Positions 35,864 through 45,285 of a stretch of 58,324 nt of DNA are shown piece after piece; position 1 is the first letter of the stretch; each line of letters starts with the position of its first letter. Source of the DNA: Gammaproteobacteria bacterium (GTDB lineage: Bacteria > Pseudomonadota > Gammaproteobacteria > Xanthomonadales > Wenzhouxiangellaceae); the NCBI GenBank assembly GCA_003560975.1, contig PWJA01000017.1, positions 1 to 58,324 of the forward strand. The letters are read 5' to 3'. A program made the translations under genes and the position numbers. The notes below the pieces were generated by a model that was given only the letters and a program-made list of their open reading frames with translations, searched no databases and was not told the DNA's origin.

Positions 35864-37960
35864 TCAGAGCATGGTTGCGTTGGTCAGCGTCCAGTGCTCC
35901 GCGGCGACAGGATGTGCGAACAGGAACCCCTGGTAGGCATCGCAGCCGAATCGGCGCAGCAGATCCAGCTCGTCTGGCATCTCCACGCCCTCGGCGGTCA
36001 CCTTCAGATCCAGCGCATGACCCATGGCGATGGTGGCGCGCACGATGGCCGCGCTGCTGTTGTCCGAGGTCATGTTCGAGACGAACGATCGATCGATCTT
36101 GAGTATGTCGAAGGGCAGATGCTGCAGGTAGGAAAGGGAAGAAAACCCGGTCCCGAAATCGTCCAGCGCCAGGCGGACGCCGAGACCGCGGATGGCCTGC
36201 ATCCGCTCTTCGGCCTCCAGCAGATTCTTCAGAACCACCGATTCGGTCAACTCGAGGACAAGATGATCCGCCTCGACCTCGAACGCCTCGAGTTTCTGGA
36301 CCAGCGTGTCGACAAAACTCGGCTGGTGAAACTGACGCGCGCTGATGTTGACGGAAATGCACAGGTCGCTGGTTTCGGGATTTGCCGACCAGTCCCGCAG
36401 CTGCCGGCAGGCTTCCTCCAGCACCCATTCACCGATCGGCAGGATCAGGCCGGTTTCCTCGGCCAGCGGAATGAAGCGGTCGGGGGCCACGATTTCGCCA
36501 TCGGGACGAAACCAGCGCAGCAGTGCTTCGGCACCGGTCAGCTTGCCATCGGCGTCGAAATGGGACTGGTAAAACAGTTTGAACTCGCGGTTTTCCAGGG
36601 CCTGATGCAGTCCCGCCTCTAGGTGCGAACGCTGCTCGACCAGAGCCTGCATTTCGGGATTGAAGAACTGCCAGGTGTTGCGCGAGTCGTCGCGGGCGCG
36701 CTGAAGCGCGATTTCGGCCTTGTTGAGCAGCCGGTCGGGTTTTTCACGTTCGCGGGTGATCAGGTACAAGCCCATGGTCGTGGCATGGCGAACCGAGCCT
36801 TCGACGCCGTCGATGAAATGCGGCTCCCCAAGTTGTTCGTGCAGGCGTTCGGCCAGGTCGTGGGCTTGCGCCGCCGCACGATCGTGTTGTCGCGACAAAT
36901 CCTCGACCACGACCGCGAACCGGTTGGCGCCGATGCGACCAATGGTGGAATGCTCGGGCAGGGTGTGGATCAGGCGTGCGGCGATCGAATCCAGAACGCC
37001 GTTGCCGGCCTGGTAGCCGTGCATGTCGTTGATGAACTTGAAGCCGTCGACGTCGAGAACCAGGATCATGCCGTGACGGCCGGTGCGATGGACGGTCAGG
37101 CCAGCCTGTTTCAGTCGATCCAGCAGCAGGGCGCGATTGGGCAACCCGGTCAGATCGTCGAAGTTGACCAGGCGGTGAATCCGGGCTTCGGAATCTCTCA
37201 GCTCCGTGATGTCGGTTTTGACGGCCACGTAATGGGTGATCCGGCCGTCCGGCTGGCGGATCGGTGCGATCGTGGCCATCTCCAGATAGGTCGAGCCGTC
37301 CTTGCGGGCGTTTCTGAATTCACCTTTCCAGACCAGTCCCTGCGCGATCGTCGCCCATAGTTCGGCATAGGTTTCCTGGGGAGTCTGACCTCGATTGAGA
37401 ATCGAGGGATTGCGTCCCAGCACTTCCTCGCGCGTGTACCCGGTGGTGTCGACGAAGGCTTGATTGACGTATTCGATGGCCGGGGTGGTGTCGGTGATGA
37501 TGATGCTCGTCGGACTCTGCTCGACGACCATGGCCAGCTTGCGCAGCTGTTCCTCGGCGGCTTTCCTGCGGGTCCGTTCGCTGGCGTTTTCAACGGCTCG
37601 TCGGATGACGCCGGGAAGGCGGAGCAGGCTGTCTTTCAAGACGAAATCATTGAGCCCGTGGCTGAGCAGGGTGATCGCCATTTCCTCGCTGACCGTTCCC
37701 GAGACCAGGATGATCGGCAGTTCCGGTCGCTTGGCCCGCAGCAGTTCGATCGTGTCACCAAAATGCATGCCGGGCAGAGTGTAGTCGTAGAGCACGGCAT
37801 CCCAGGCATCCTCCTCGAGCGCTTCTGCCACCGACTCCATTCGATCCGCGCGCTGTATGCGCGCGTTCATCCCGGCCTGCTCGAGCTGGCGCCGAATCAG
37901 CAAGGCATCGGCTTCGGTATCCTCGATCAGAAGGAGCTGAAGTGGCGTTTCATGGCTCAT
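35864..37960 (-). CDS. REC-PAS-GGDEF(degenerate)-EAL c-di-GMP phosphodiesterase
   Basis: LLLIED receiver; PAS (VNQAF..TGY..EEVLGRNP); GGDEF site reads GANRF; intact EALLRW and DDFGTGFSS; trimmed from ORF 38335. Confidence 0.92.
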   Translation of the reverse strand: MSHETPLQLLLIEDTEADALLIRRQLEQAGMNARIQRADRMESVAEALEEDAWDAVLYDYTLPGMHFGDTIELLRAKRPELPIILVSGTVSEEMAITLLSHGLNDFVLKDSLLRLPGVIRRAVENASERTRRKAAEEQLRKLAMVVEQSPTSIIITDTTPAIEYVNQAFVDTTGYTREEVLGRNPSILNRGQTPQETYAELWATIAQGLVWKGEFRNARKDGSTYLEMATIAPIRQPDGRITHYVAVKTDITELRDSEARIHRLVNFDDLTGLPNRALLLDRLKQAGLTVHRTGRHGMILVLDVDGFKFINDMHGYQAGNGVLDSIAARLIHTLPEHSTIGRIGANRFAVVVEDLSRQHDRAAAQAHDLAERLHEQLGEPHFIDGVEGSVRHATTMGLYLITREREKPDRLLNKAEIALQRARDDSRNTWQFFNPEMQALVEQRSHLEAGLHQALENREFKLFYQSHFDADGKLTGAEALLRWFRPDGEIVAPDRFIPLAEETGLILPIGEWVLEEACRQLRDWSANPETSDLCISVNISARQFHQPSFVDTLVQKLEAFEVEADHLVLELTESVVLKNLLEAEERMQAIRGLGVRLALDDFGTGFSSLSYLQHLPFDILKIDRSFVSNMTSDNSSAAIVRATIAMGHALDLKVTAEGVEMPDELDLLRRFGCDAYQGFLFAHPVAAEHWTLTNATML

Positions 37961-37977
37961 CACAGGAGTAGAGTGCT

Positions 37978-38418
37978 TCACTGTCCTGCACAGGGTTCGT
38001 TCGTGGCCAGCCAGTAGACGCCCAGCCGGGCGACCGTCCTGGCGAATTCGGCAAACTGTACGGGTTTGCGCACGAAACTGTTGGCTCCGTTCTGGTAGGA
38101 GCGAACCAGGTCGGTTGGCTCGTCGGACGAAGTCAGAATGACCACCGGCACGTGGCGCGTGCTGGCCTCTTCGCGCAGACGAGACAGGACATCCAGGCCC
38201 GAGATTTTCGGCAGGCCGATGTCGAGCAGGACGACTGCCGGCAGGGCCGAGCCCGATCGGCTGGAAAAGTCGCCCCGGCAGAACAGATAGTCGAGTGCCT
38301 GCTGACCGTCGCGAACCACGTCGATGCGGTTGCATACCCCGGCGCGTTTGAGGGCTCGCAGGGTGAAGAATTCATCCTGCGGATCGTCCTCGACCAGGAG
38401 TAGGGTTCTGTCGGACAT
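37978..38418 (-). CDS. Single-domain response regulator (Rcp1-like)
   Basis: LLVEDD, LLDIGLPKISG, VILTSS, GANSFVRKPV. Confidence 0.93.
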   Translation of the reverse strand: MSDRTLLLVEDDPQDEFFTLRALKRAGVCNRIDVVRDGQQALDYLFCRGDFSSRSGSALPAVVLLDIGLPKISGLDVLSRLREEASTRHVPVVILTSSDEPTDLVRSYQNGANSFVRKPVQFAEFARTVARLGVYWLATNEPCAGQ

Positions 38419-38461
38419 CGGACTGTCAGGGCCTTTTTCTGGAGAAGTTTATCAGCGACCT

Positions 38462-39463
38462 TCATCCGAGAGTGAACCAGAAACGGGCACCCTCGCCCGG
38501 CCGGGCTTCGGCGCGGATCTGCCCCCCGTGGCGGTGAATGATGCGCTGCACCGTCGCCAGGCCGATACCCAGTCCGGGGAATTCATCCTGACGATGCAGG
38601 CGCTGGAACGGTTTGAACAGACCTTCGATGTGACGCATATCGAAGCCCGCACCGTTGTCGCTGATGCAGAAGGCCGGCTCGCCGTCCAGGCTGGCGGCGT
38701 GAAAACGAATGACGCTCGGCACGGCGCCGGCGCTGTATTTCCAGGCGTTGTCGACCAGATTGCCCAGCACCGCGGCAACCATGCGTGGATCCGCCTCGGC
38801 CGTCAGGTCCGGCTCGATCTCGACTTCGACCGGCCGAGCCGGTTCCCGCTCCTGCAGCGCCCTCAAGGATTGCGTGACGATCTCGGAGAGATTGACGTGG
38901 CTTCGATCCAGCTCTCCGCGGGTGACCCGCGACAGCACCAGCAGGCCGTCGATCAGCCCCTGCATGCGCGAGCTGGCGATCCGGATCTGGTCGAGATGAT
39001 CCTGGGCGGGTTCGCTGAGTTCGTCATGGTGGTCTTCGAGCAAGGCCTCGGAGAAGCCGTTCATCGCCCGCAACGGCGCGCGCAGGTCGTGCGAGACGGC
39101 ATAGGCGAAGCTGTCCAGTTCCTCATTGGCCGCCCGCAGTTCGGCCGTGCGCTGCGCGACCGTTGCCTCCAGTTCGGACTGTTGGCGGTCGTACAGCTCC
39201 TGGCGCTGCAGGATGAGCTGGTTGATCTGGTGGACCAGGCGGCTGATCAGTGCATACAGCAGGACACCGGTAATCAGAACGAACAGCCAGCCCTTGACCA
39301 GATTCGCCTTGACCAGATGGGCCGGGTCGCTGAACAGCGCATCGACGGCCAGGTCGGACAGAGTGATCCAGGCAATGGCGACGACGACGTAGATGGCAAC
39401 GGTGCGGAATGCCGCAGTCGAAGTCCGAAGCTGACGCGGGGTTTCGCTGCGCGGCCAGTTCAT
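38462..39463 (-). CDS. Sensor histidine kinase (2 TM, coiled coil, HisKA/HATPase)
   Basis: FAYAVSHDLRAPLR, NLVDNAWKY, DNGAGFD, FQRLH, GIGLA. Confidence 0.94.
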   Translation of the reverse strand: MNWPRSETPRQLRTSTAAFRTVAIYVVVAIAWITLSDLAVDALFSDPAHLVKANLVKGWLFVLITGVLLYALISRLVHQINQLILQRQELYDRQQSELEATVAQRTAELRAANEELDSFAYAVSHDLRAPLRAMNGFSEALLEDHHDELSEPAQDHLDQIRIASSRMQGLIDGLLVLSRVTRGELDRSHVNLSEIVTQSLRALQEREPARPVEVEIEPDLTAEADPRMVAAVLGNLVDNAWKYSAGAVPSVIRFHAASLDGEPAFCISDNGAGFDMRHIEGLFKPFQRLHRQDEFPGLGIGLATVQRIIHRHGGQIRAEARPGEGARFWFTLG

Positions 39464-39473
39464 GATCCGGCGC

Positions 39474-40829
39474 TCAATCGCTCCGCACGGCCGGGTTGTT
39501 GAGCTGGGGGAAGAACGCGACGTCCTCGGTCAGCATGTGTTGCTTGACCAGGTCGTTGGCCAGAAAGCGAACCACTTGTCCGGTGGAGATGGTGCCGCTG
39601 CGGGCCCGCTCGCCCAGCTGGCGGGCCCGTTCGATCAGACCGTTGTGGGCGCGGTGGTGGCGATCCAGGTGTTCGTAGTCCAGTTCGGCCATGATTTGTT
39701 CCTCGTCACGGAAATGTTGTGCTGCGTGTTCGATCAGGCCGTCGATCAGGGCCACGAACTCATCCGTCGAGGTGGCTCCATCCAGGCTGGCGGCGATCAG
39801 CCGGTTGCCCAGCCGGAACAGTTCCTGGTGTTGCTGATCAATCAGCGGATGGCCGCTCTCGTAGCTGGATTTCCAGGCCAGAAGGAACGGACTCTCGTCG
39901 CTGACACGGCCGATCAGGCGATCCGGATCGGAGTCCGCGCAGACCACGCGATCTCGACCCTGTTCCTTGGCCGCATACAGGGCCTGATCGGTGCGCTCGA
40001 ACCACTGTTGCGGAGTTTCCTCCTGTTCGAGCTCCGCGACGCCGATGCTGATCGCGAGCTTGCCGACCGGCTCGAAGCGAGACCCGGCAACTTCCTTGCG
40101 CAGGCGTTCGGCGACGAAATGCGCGGCCGCCAGAGAGGTGTTGGGCAGGAGGACGGCAAACTCTTCTCCGCCCCAGCGGAACAGGCTGTCGACGAGTCGA
40201 ATCTTCTCCTGGACCAGCGTGCACAGCTGTTGAAGAATCTGGTCGCCGGCAGCGTGGCCCAGATCGTCGTTGACCTTCTTGAAGTGATCGATGTCGATCA
40301 GCAGCAGGCAGATCGGCTGGCTGTAGCGCTTCGCGCGCGGCACCTCGATCCGGATCAGTTCGTTGAACTGATGGCGGTTCCAGGCGCCGGTCAGGGGGTC
40401 GGTGATGCTGAGTTTGAGGGCCTCGTCCAGACGCTGCCGAAGCCGGGAGACCCGAGGGTCCTCGTCTTGCTCGACGAGCGTGATCAGCTGATAGTTGCCG
40501 AACGGGATCCGGAGCAGACGCCTGAGCGAGCCGCCTTCGATCTGCTGCAGCCTCAACAGACGAGGCGAGCCCGCTTCTGCCAGCGCGGCGATGGCTTGCT
40601 CGACCAGCTCGTCGCCGGCGATGAGTTCCCGCATGACGTCATTGATGAACAAGACCGCGCCTTGCTGATCGGATACCGCCAGTGGGTCGGGAGATGACTG
40701 ACTCACCTCTCGCAACAGCTCGAGATCGGTCGTAGGAAGCTTGTTGTCCAATTCGGATGGCCAGGTCGTTGCCGAGATCGCAGTTTCCTGCAGTTCCTCG
40801 AAAATTACAAACCTGGCACGGCCGCTCAT
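39474..40829 (-). CDS. Diguanylate cyclase with C-terminal bacteriohemerythrin domain
   Basis: DIDHFKKVND, RWGGEEF; IDQQHQEL, HFRDEE, HHRAH, HMLTED di-iron ligands; start uncertain. Confidence 0.92.
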   Translation of the reverse strand: MSGRARFVIFEELQETAISATTWPSELDNKLPTTDLELLREVSQSSPDPLAVSDQQGAVLFINDVMRELIAGDELVEQAIAALAEAGSPRLLRLQQIEGGSLRRLLRIPFGNYQLITLVEQDEDPRVSRLRQRLDEALKLSITDPLTGAWNRHQFNELIRIEVPRAKRYSQPICLLLIDIDHFKKVNDDLGHAAGDQILQQLCTLVQEKIRLVDSLFRWGGEEFAVLLPNTSLAAAHFVAERLRKEVAGSRFEPVGKLAISIGVAELEQEETPQQWFERTDQALYAAKEQGRDRVVCADSDPDRLIGRVSDESPFLLAWKSSYESGHPLIDQQHQELFRLGNRLIAASLDGATSTDEFVALIDGLIEHAAQHFRDEEQIMAELDYEHLDRHHRAHNGLIERARQLGERARSGTISTGQVVRFLANDLVKQHMLTEDVAFFPQLNNPAVRSD

Positions 40830-40916
40830 GCGATCAGGCGCACGGATTCGGAAAACCCGTCCTCTTCGCCTACTATAGAGCCGAGTCGTTTTCAGCCAAC
40901 AACGAGGAGATCAAGC

Positions 40917-41120
40917 ATGGACGAAGAAAAACTGAACCTGAGCATTCGCAAGTTTCTCAAGCAGGTCGGCGTGACCTCGCAGCGCGAGATCGAGATCGCC
41001 GTGCGCGAGGCCGCCGAATCCGGCCGGCTTCCGGCCGGTCCGATGAGCGTCAAGGTCACCCTGGAGTGCCCTGAACTGAGTGTCGAACATACCGTCGAGG
41101 GCAAGCTGGAAGCCGGCTGA
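40917..41120 (+). CDS. Small conserved protein, DUF6494-like
   Basis: MDEEKLNLSIRKFLKQVGVTSQREIE; GAGGAG RBS; family recalled as linked to FDH/Moco loci. Confidence 0.8.
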   Translation: MDEEKLNLSIRKFLKQVGVTSQREIEIAVREAAESGRLPAGPMSVKVTLECPELSVEHTVEGKLEAG

Positions 41121-41132
41121 TCCCGTCGCTGA

Positions 41133-42392
41133 TCAGGCGCCGTTCCAGATCGGCTGAGCGAATGGCTCGACGAGGACGGATTGCCCGGCCGCGACATCGC
41201 CGAGCTCGGGTGGGAGGTTGATCAGGCAGTCCGCTTCGCTCATCGAGCGCAGCACGCCGGAACCCTGGTGACCGAACGGTGCAACGGCCGGCCCGCTCTC
41301 GCCGGTTACCAGGCGACCGCGCTGGAATTCGCGGCGGCCCGGCCGCTTGCGGATGTCGGCGGTGACCGGGAGGGACACCTGAAGCGGCAGGGCCGGGGTT
41401 GAGCCGGCCAGTTTGACCAGGGCCGGGCGAACCAGCTGCAAGAACGTCACCATGGCCGAGACCGGGTTGCCGGGCAGGCCGAAGAACCAGGCCTGGTTGA
41501 TGCGCCCGAAGGCCAGCGGTCGGCCGGGCTTCATCGCCACCTGCCAGAACCCGACGTTGCCCAGTTTTTCCAGCGCTTCGACCACGTAATCGGCATCGCC
41601 GACCGAAGCCCCGCCGGTGCTCAGAACGGCATCGCACCGCGACGCCTTCTGCAAGGCCTGATCCAGCGCATCGCGCTGATCGGGAACAATGCCCAGGTCT
41701 TCGATTTCGACACCGAGTTCGGTCAGCAGGCCAAACAAGGTGTAGCGGTTGGAGTCGTGGATCTGGCCGGGTTCGAGTGGTTGCCCGACCGGCTTGAGCT
41801 CATCGCCGGTGGAGAAAAACGCCACTCGCGGTCGACGCCGAACCCGAACCTCGGGCACGCCGACCGACGCCAGAACGCCCAGGTCGGCCGCCGTCAGCCA
41901 GCGTCCGGGGGCCAGGGCCGTGTCGCCGCGCTTCAGGTCCTCGCCGGCGGGCCGGACGTTTGCGCCCGGCTTGGCGGCCTTGGCAAAGCGCACCCGCTCA
42001 CCGTCGCGCTCGGCCTGTTCCTGCATGATCACGGTGTCCGCGCCGTCCGGCACGACCGCGCCGGTCATGATGCGGATGCATTGGCCGGGGCCCAGCGAGC
42101 CGGCAAACGGCCGGCCGGCGAAGCTCTCGCCGATCAGGGTCAGTTCCGCATCCGCCGTGACCGCGTCTTCGCCGCGCAGGGCGTACCCGTCCATGGCCGA
42201 ATTGGTGTGCGCGGGGACGTCGATGGCGGCGCTGACCGGTTCGGCCAGCACCCGGTGCAGGGCCTGGTGCAGTCCGACGGATTCGTCGTCGGTCAGCGCC
42301 GTGACTGCGTCGAGTATGCGTTTGCGCGCCTCTTCCAGAGGAAGGGCCGGGGTGTCGTGCCCGCCGGCGGCCTTTTGTGCCTTGATGCTCAT
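41133..42392 (-). CDS. moeA: Molybdopterin molybdotransferase MoeA
   Basis: NSAMDGYA, RIMTGA, FSTGDEL, STGGASVGDAD, MKPGRP, GLPGNPVS; trimmed from ORF 42521. Confidence 0.95.
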   Translation of the reverse strand: MSIKAQKAAGGHDTPALPLEEARKRILDAVTALTDDESVGLHQALHRVLAEPVSAAIDVPAHTNSAMDGYALRGEDAVTADAELTLIGESFAGRPFAGSLGPGQCIRIMTGAVVPDGADTVIMQEQAERDGERVRFAKAAKPGANVRPAGEDLKRGDTALAPGRWLTAADLGVLASVGVPEVRVRRRPRVAFFSTGDELKPVGQPLEPGQIHDSNRYTLFGLLTELGVEIEDLGIVPDQRDALDQALQKASRCDAVLSTGGASVGDADYVVEALEKLGNVGFWQVAMKPGRPLAFGRINQAWFFGLPGNPVSAMVTFLQLVRPALVKLAGSTPALPLQVSLPVTADIRKRPGRREFQRGRLVTGESGPAVAPFGHQGSGVLRSMSEADCLINLPPELGDVAAGQSVLVEPFAQPIWNGA

Positions 42393-43009
42393 GGGCTTGA
42401 TTCGTTGGTTGAGTGCAGTTGCGCGGCCAGCGCTTCGCGCTGTTCCGGGGTATTGATGTTGTCGAAGGCCGAAGCGACGTCGTTGAAATCGACCCGCGAC
42501 CAGCGGCGCGTAGCGTACCACGCGTCCGGTTTGCGTTCGCCGCGGGTCAGCGCCCGTTCCAGATCTTCGAGCAGATCGCGCCGGAACAGCGCGTGCAGGG
42601 TATGGACGCGACCGCCGGCTTCGGCCGTGGCCAGCTCGCTGCCGTCGCGCTCCATGGCCGTGGCCAGCCGGGTGATCAGATCGGCCGGCAGGCGCGGGGT
42701 ATCGCAGGGAACGACGGCGACGAACGGCGTCGTTGCCGCCGAAAGCACCGCGTGCAGTCCGGCCAGCGGTCCCTGGAAGCCACCGTGACGATCCTCGATC
42801 ACGGGCAGACCGAAGGCCGCGTAGTCAGAAAGGGATCGGTTGGCGTTGATCATCAGCCGATCGGCCTGGGGACGAAGCGCGTCGAGGGTCCAGGCAATCA
42901 TCGGTTTGCCCGCGATCTCGACCAGGCCCTTGTCCATGCCGCCCATGCGTCGGCCCATGCCCCCGGCCAGGACAGCCGCGGTGATCTGATTCCGGTTCAG
43001 TTCAACCAT
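42389..43009 (-). CDS. mobA: Molybdenum cofactor guanylyltransferase MobA
   Basis: VLAGGMGRRMGGMDKGL, QGPLAG, VPCDTP, FDNINTPE. Confidence 0.94.
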   Translation of the reverse strand: MVELNRNQITAAVLAGGMGRRMGGMDKGLVEIAGKPMIAWTLDALRPQADRLMINANRSLSDYAAFGLPVIEDRHGGFQGPLAGLHAVLSAATTPFVAVVPCDTPRLPADLITRLATAMERDGSELATAEAGGRVHTLHALFRRDLLEDLERALTRGERKPDAWYATRRWSRVDFNDVASAFDNINTPEQREALAAQLHSTNESSP

Positions 43010-44192
43010 TCGATGGGGTTTCCTCCAGGGATTCGGTGGCGGGGGCGGCCGAACAGAGCTGAACGTAGTCGGCGTAGCCCGGGAATTCACTGCCCGACGA
43101 ACAGTAGCGGCAGGTCGGATCGGCGCTCAGGCGCACTTCGCGCAGTCGGGTTGACAGCCCATCGAACAGCAGCAGCCGACCGATCAGCGGCTCTCCGATT
43201 CCGGTCACCAGCTTGATCACCTCCAGGGCCTGGAGCAGTCCGATGATGCCCGGAACCACGCCAAGAACGCCGGCCTCGTTGCAGTTGGGCGCGTGTTCCG
43301 GAGCCGGCGGTTCGGCAAACAGGCAGCGATAGCAGGGCTGGCCGCCGGCGCCAAAGACCGAGACCTGGCCTTCAAAGCCCTGGACTGCGCCGTACACGTT
43401 GGGCAGGCCGAGTTTGATGCAGGCGTCGTTGACCAGGTAGCGGGTCGGAAAATTATCCGACCCGTCGACGACCACCTCGTAGCCGCCGAGCACGTCTTCG
43501 ACGCAGGATGCATCCAGGCGCAGCTCATGCGTTTGAACGCGGATGCTGGGGTTGAGCGCTTCGAGCGTCCGGCGCGCCGATTCGGTCTTGGCCATGCCGA
43601 CCCGGTCGTCCCGATGCAGGACCTGACGATGCAGGTTGCTGCGATCGACCTTGTCGTGATCGACCAGCCCGAGCGTGCCGACCCCGGCCGCGGCCAGGTA
43701 CAGCGCGGCCGGCGAGCCCAGGCCACCGGCGCCGACCAGCAACACCCGGGCCCTGGCCAGGCGGGTCTGCCCGGCCTGGCCCAGTTCGGGCAGAACCACC
43801 TGGCGGGCATAGCGCTGCAGCGCGTCCCGATCCGGGGTTTCCGGCAGGACGTAGGGCAGGCCTTCGTCCTTCCAGCGATTGAAGCCGCCGGCCACGACCG
43901 CGACCCGGCGATAGCCCATTTGGCGAAGATCGTCTGCGGCCAGCATCGAACGGGTGGTGGCCGCGCACATCAGCAAGATGGGCTGGTCGCGATCCGTCGC
44001 CAGCGCCTCGATGCGCATTTCCAGGTAGCCGCGGCCAATCGTCCGGGCCGTTTCCGGTGTGCCCTGGGCAATTTCCTCGGCCTCGCGTACGTCCAGCAAC
44101 AGCGCCCCGGCGGCGGCTTGCCGCAGCGCCTCGGCCGGAGCGATGAGCGGAATCTGTTCGCGCAGCTGCTGCAGACGATTGGCCAGGGACAT
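43002..44192 (-). CDS. moeB: Rhodanese-MoeB/ThiF fusion (sulfur-carrier adenylyltransferase)
   Basis: N-terminal rhodanese (LLDVRE, MCAATTRS, GGFNRW), then RYARQ, VGAGGLGSP, SNLHRQ, CYRC, C..C. Confidence 0.93.
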   Translation of the reverse strand: MSLANRLQQLREQIPLIAPAEALRQAAAGALLLDVREAEEIAQGTPETARTIGRGYLEMRIEALATDRDQPILLMCAATTRSMLAADDLRQMGYRRVAVVAGGFNRWKDEGLPYVLPETPDRDALQRYARQVVLPELGQAGQTRLARARVLLVGAGGLGSPAALYLAAAGVGTLGLVDHDKVDRSNLHRQVLHRDDRVGMAKTESARRTLEALNPSIRVQTHELRLDASCVEDVLGGYEVVVDGSDNFPTRYLVNDACIKLGLPNVYGAVQGFEGQVSVFGAGGQPCYRCLFAEPPAPEHAPNCNEAGVLGVVPGIIGLLQALEVIKLVTGIGEPLIGRLLLFDGLSTRLREVRLSADPTCRYCSSGSEFPGYADYVQLCSAAPATESLEETPSNG

Positions 44193-44202
44193 GACGATGA
44201 TC

Positions 44203-44505
44203 CTACCCGCCGGCGACCGAGGGCACCACCACCAGCACGTCCCCTGAATCGAGTTCGGTGTCCAGACCCTGGCGGTGACGGATGTCGGCTTCGTTGACGA
44301 ACAGGTTGACGTGCGGTCGCAGCTGTCCGCCCCGGGTCAGGATGCGGCGCAGCAGGTGCGGATGGCGCTGGCCGAGGTCGGCCAGCGCCTGGCCGACGGT
44401 CCGCCCGCGCGCTTCGACCGTCGCCCGGCCTTCGGCCAGCGCGCGCAGCGCGGCCGGCAGTTCCACCCGGATCGGAGTCATGGCGTTGTCCTTGGTTTCC
44501 ATCAT
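44203..44505 (-). CDS. MoaD/ThiS family ubiquitin-like sulfur carrier (long CysO/SAMP-like type)
   Basis: VNLFVNEADIR..GLDT, C-terminal PSVAGG; alternative start 44481. Confidence 0.92.
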   Translation of the reverse strand: MMETKDNAMTPIRVELPAALRALAEGRATVEARGRTVGQALADLGQRHPHLLRRILTRGGQLRPHVNLFVNEADIRHRQGLDTELDSGDVLVVVPSVAGG

Positions 44506-44523
44506 TTCCTTCCGCAGGCTGGA

Positions 44524-45285
44524 TCAGCGGGTGATTCGGGCCACCACCGGCGATGTCGCCGGCGCATTCCGGTGCAGGCAGGTCAGGATAACCCGGTCGA
44601 ATCGATCGGACCGGGCCAGCGCGGCGCGCGCGGCCTGTTCGGCGAGCTGGCGTCGTTCGACGTCGTCGACCTGGTTGATCACCGGGACCACCGTCAGCCC
44701 CTCGGTGCCCGACAGGAGGCCATCCGGATGGGTCAGGATGGTGGCCAGGTGGCCCGGTTCGATGAGGGTGCCCGGATCGGCTTCCAGGACCGCGCCGACC
44801 CGCTCGGGGCGATGAACGACCTCGGCGTTGAGGGGCTGGCCGATGACCCGCGCGGACAGGACCACGAGAACCATGGAAGCCTGCTCCGGCAGTACCGGCT
44901 CGCCGGGGCGTGGGCACTTGAGCCCGCGCATGCGCGCGCCGTCGGCCTTGACCAGCGTCAGATCGAAGCGACCCTGGGTGTGCAGGCGGCTGACCGTCGC
45001 CGGCTGCAGTCCGGCATAGCGGCCGGGCTTGTCGCTGGGTCGGAGAAAGGCGTGCCGCCCGGGCCCGTGCTGCTCCCGGGCCCGGGCCAGCAATTCCTCT
45101 TCCTCGCCGACGTGTACCGCAACCCCGGTCCAGCGCGGCGGGCGGGCGGTAAACACCGTTCCCGTCCACGCCAGCCTTCCGGCGGTTTCCACGGCGATTG
45201 CGTTGAGCAGGCTCTTCTTGCCGCCGGCGCCGATGGCCGCAACGATGCCTGTGCTGATCCCCAGCGCCTCGCGCAGAGCGCTCAT
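44524..45285 (-). CDS. yqeC: YqeC-like protein (selenium-dependent molybdenum hydroxylase accessory family)
   Basis: IGAGGKKSL P-loop-like motif, LVKADGARMRGLKCP..GEPVLP, VHRPE, INQVD. Confidence 0.8.
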   Translation of the reverse strand: MSALREALGISTGIVAAIGAGGKKSLLNAIAVETAGRLAWTGTVFTARPPRWTGVAVHVGEEEELLARAREQHGPGRHAFLRPSDKPGRYAGLQPATVSRLHTQGRFDLTLVKADGARMRGLKCPRPGEPVLPEQASMVLVVLSARVIGQPLNAEVVHRPERVGAVLEADPGTLIEPGHLATILTHPDGLLSGTEGLTVVPVINQVDDVERRQLAEQAARAALARSDRFDRVILTCLHRNAPATSPVVARITR

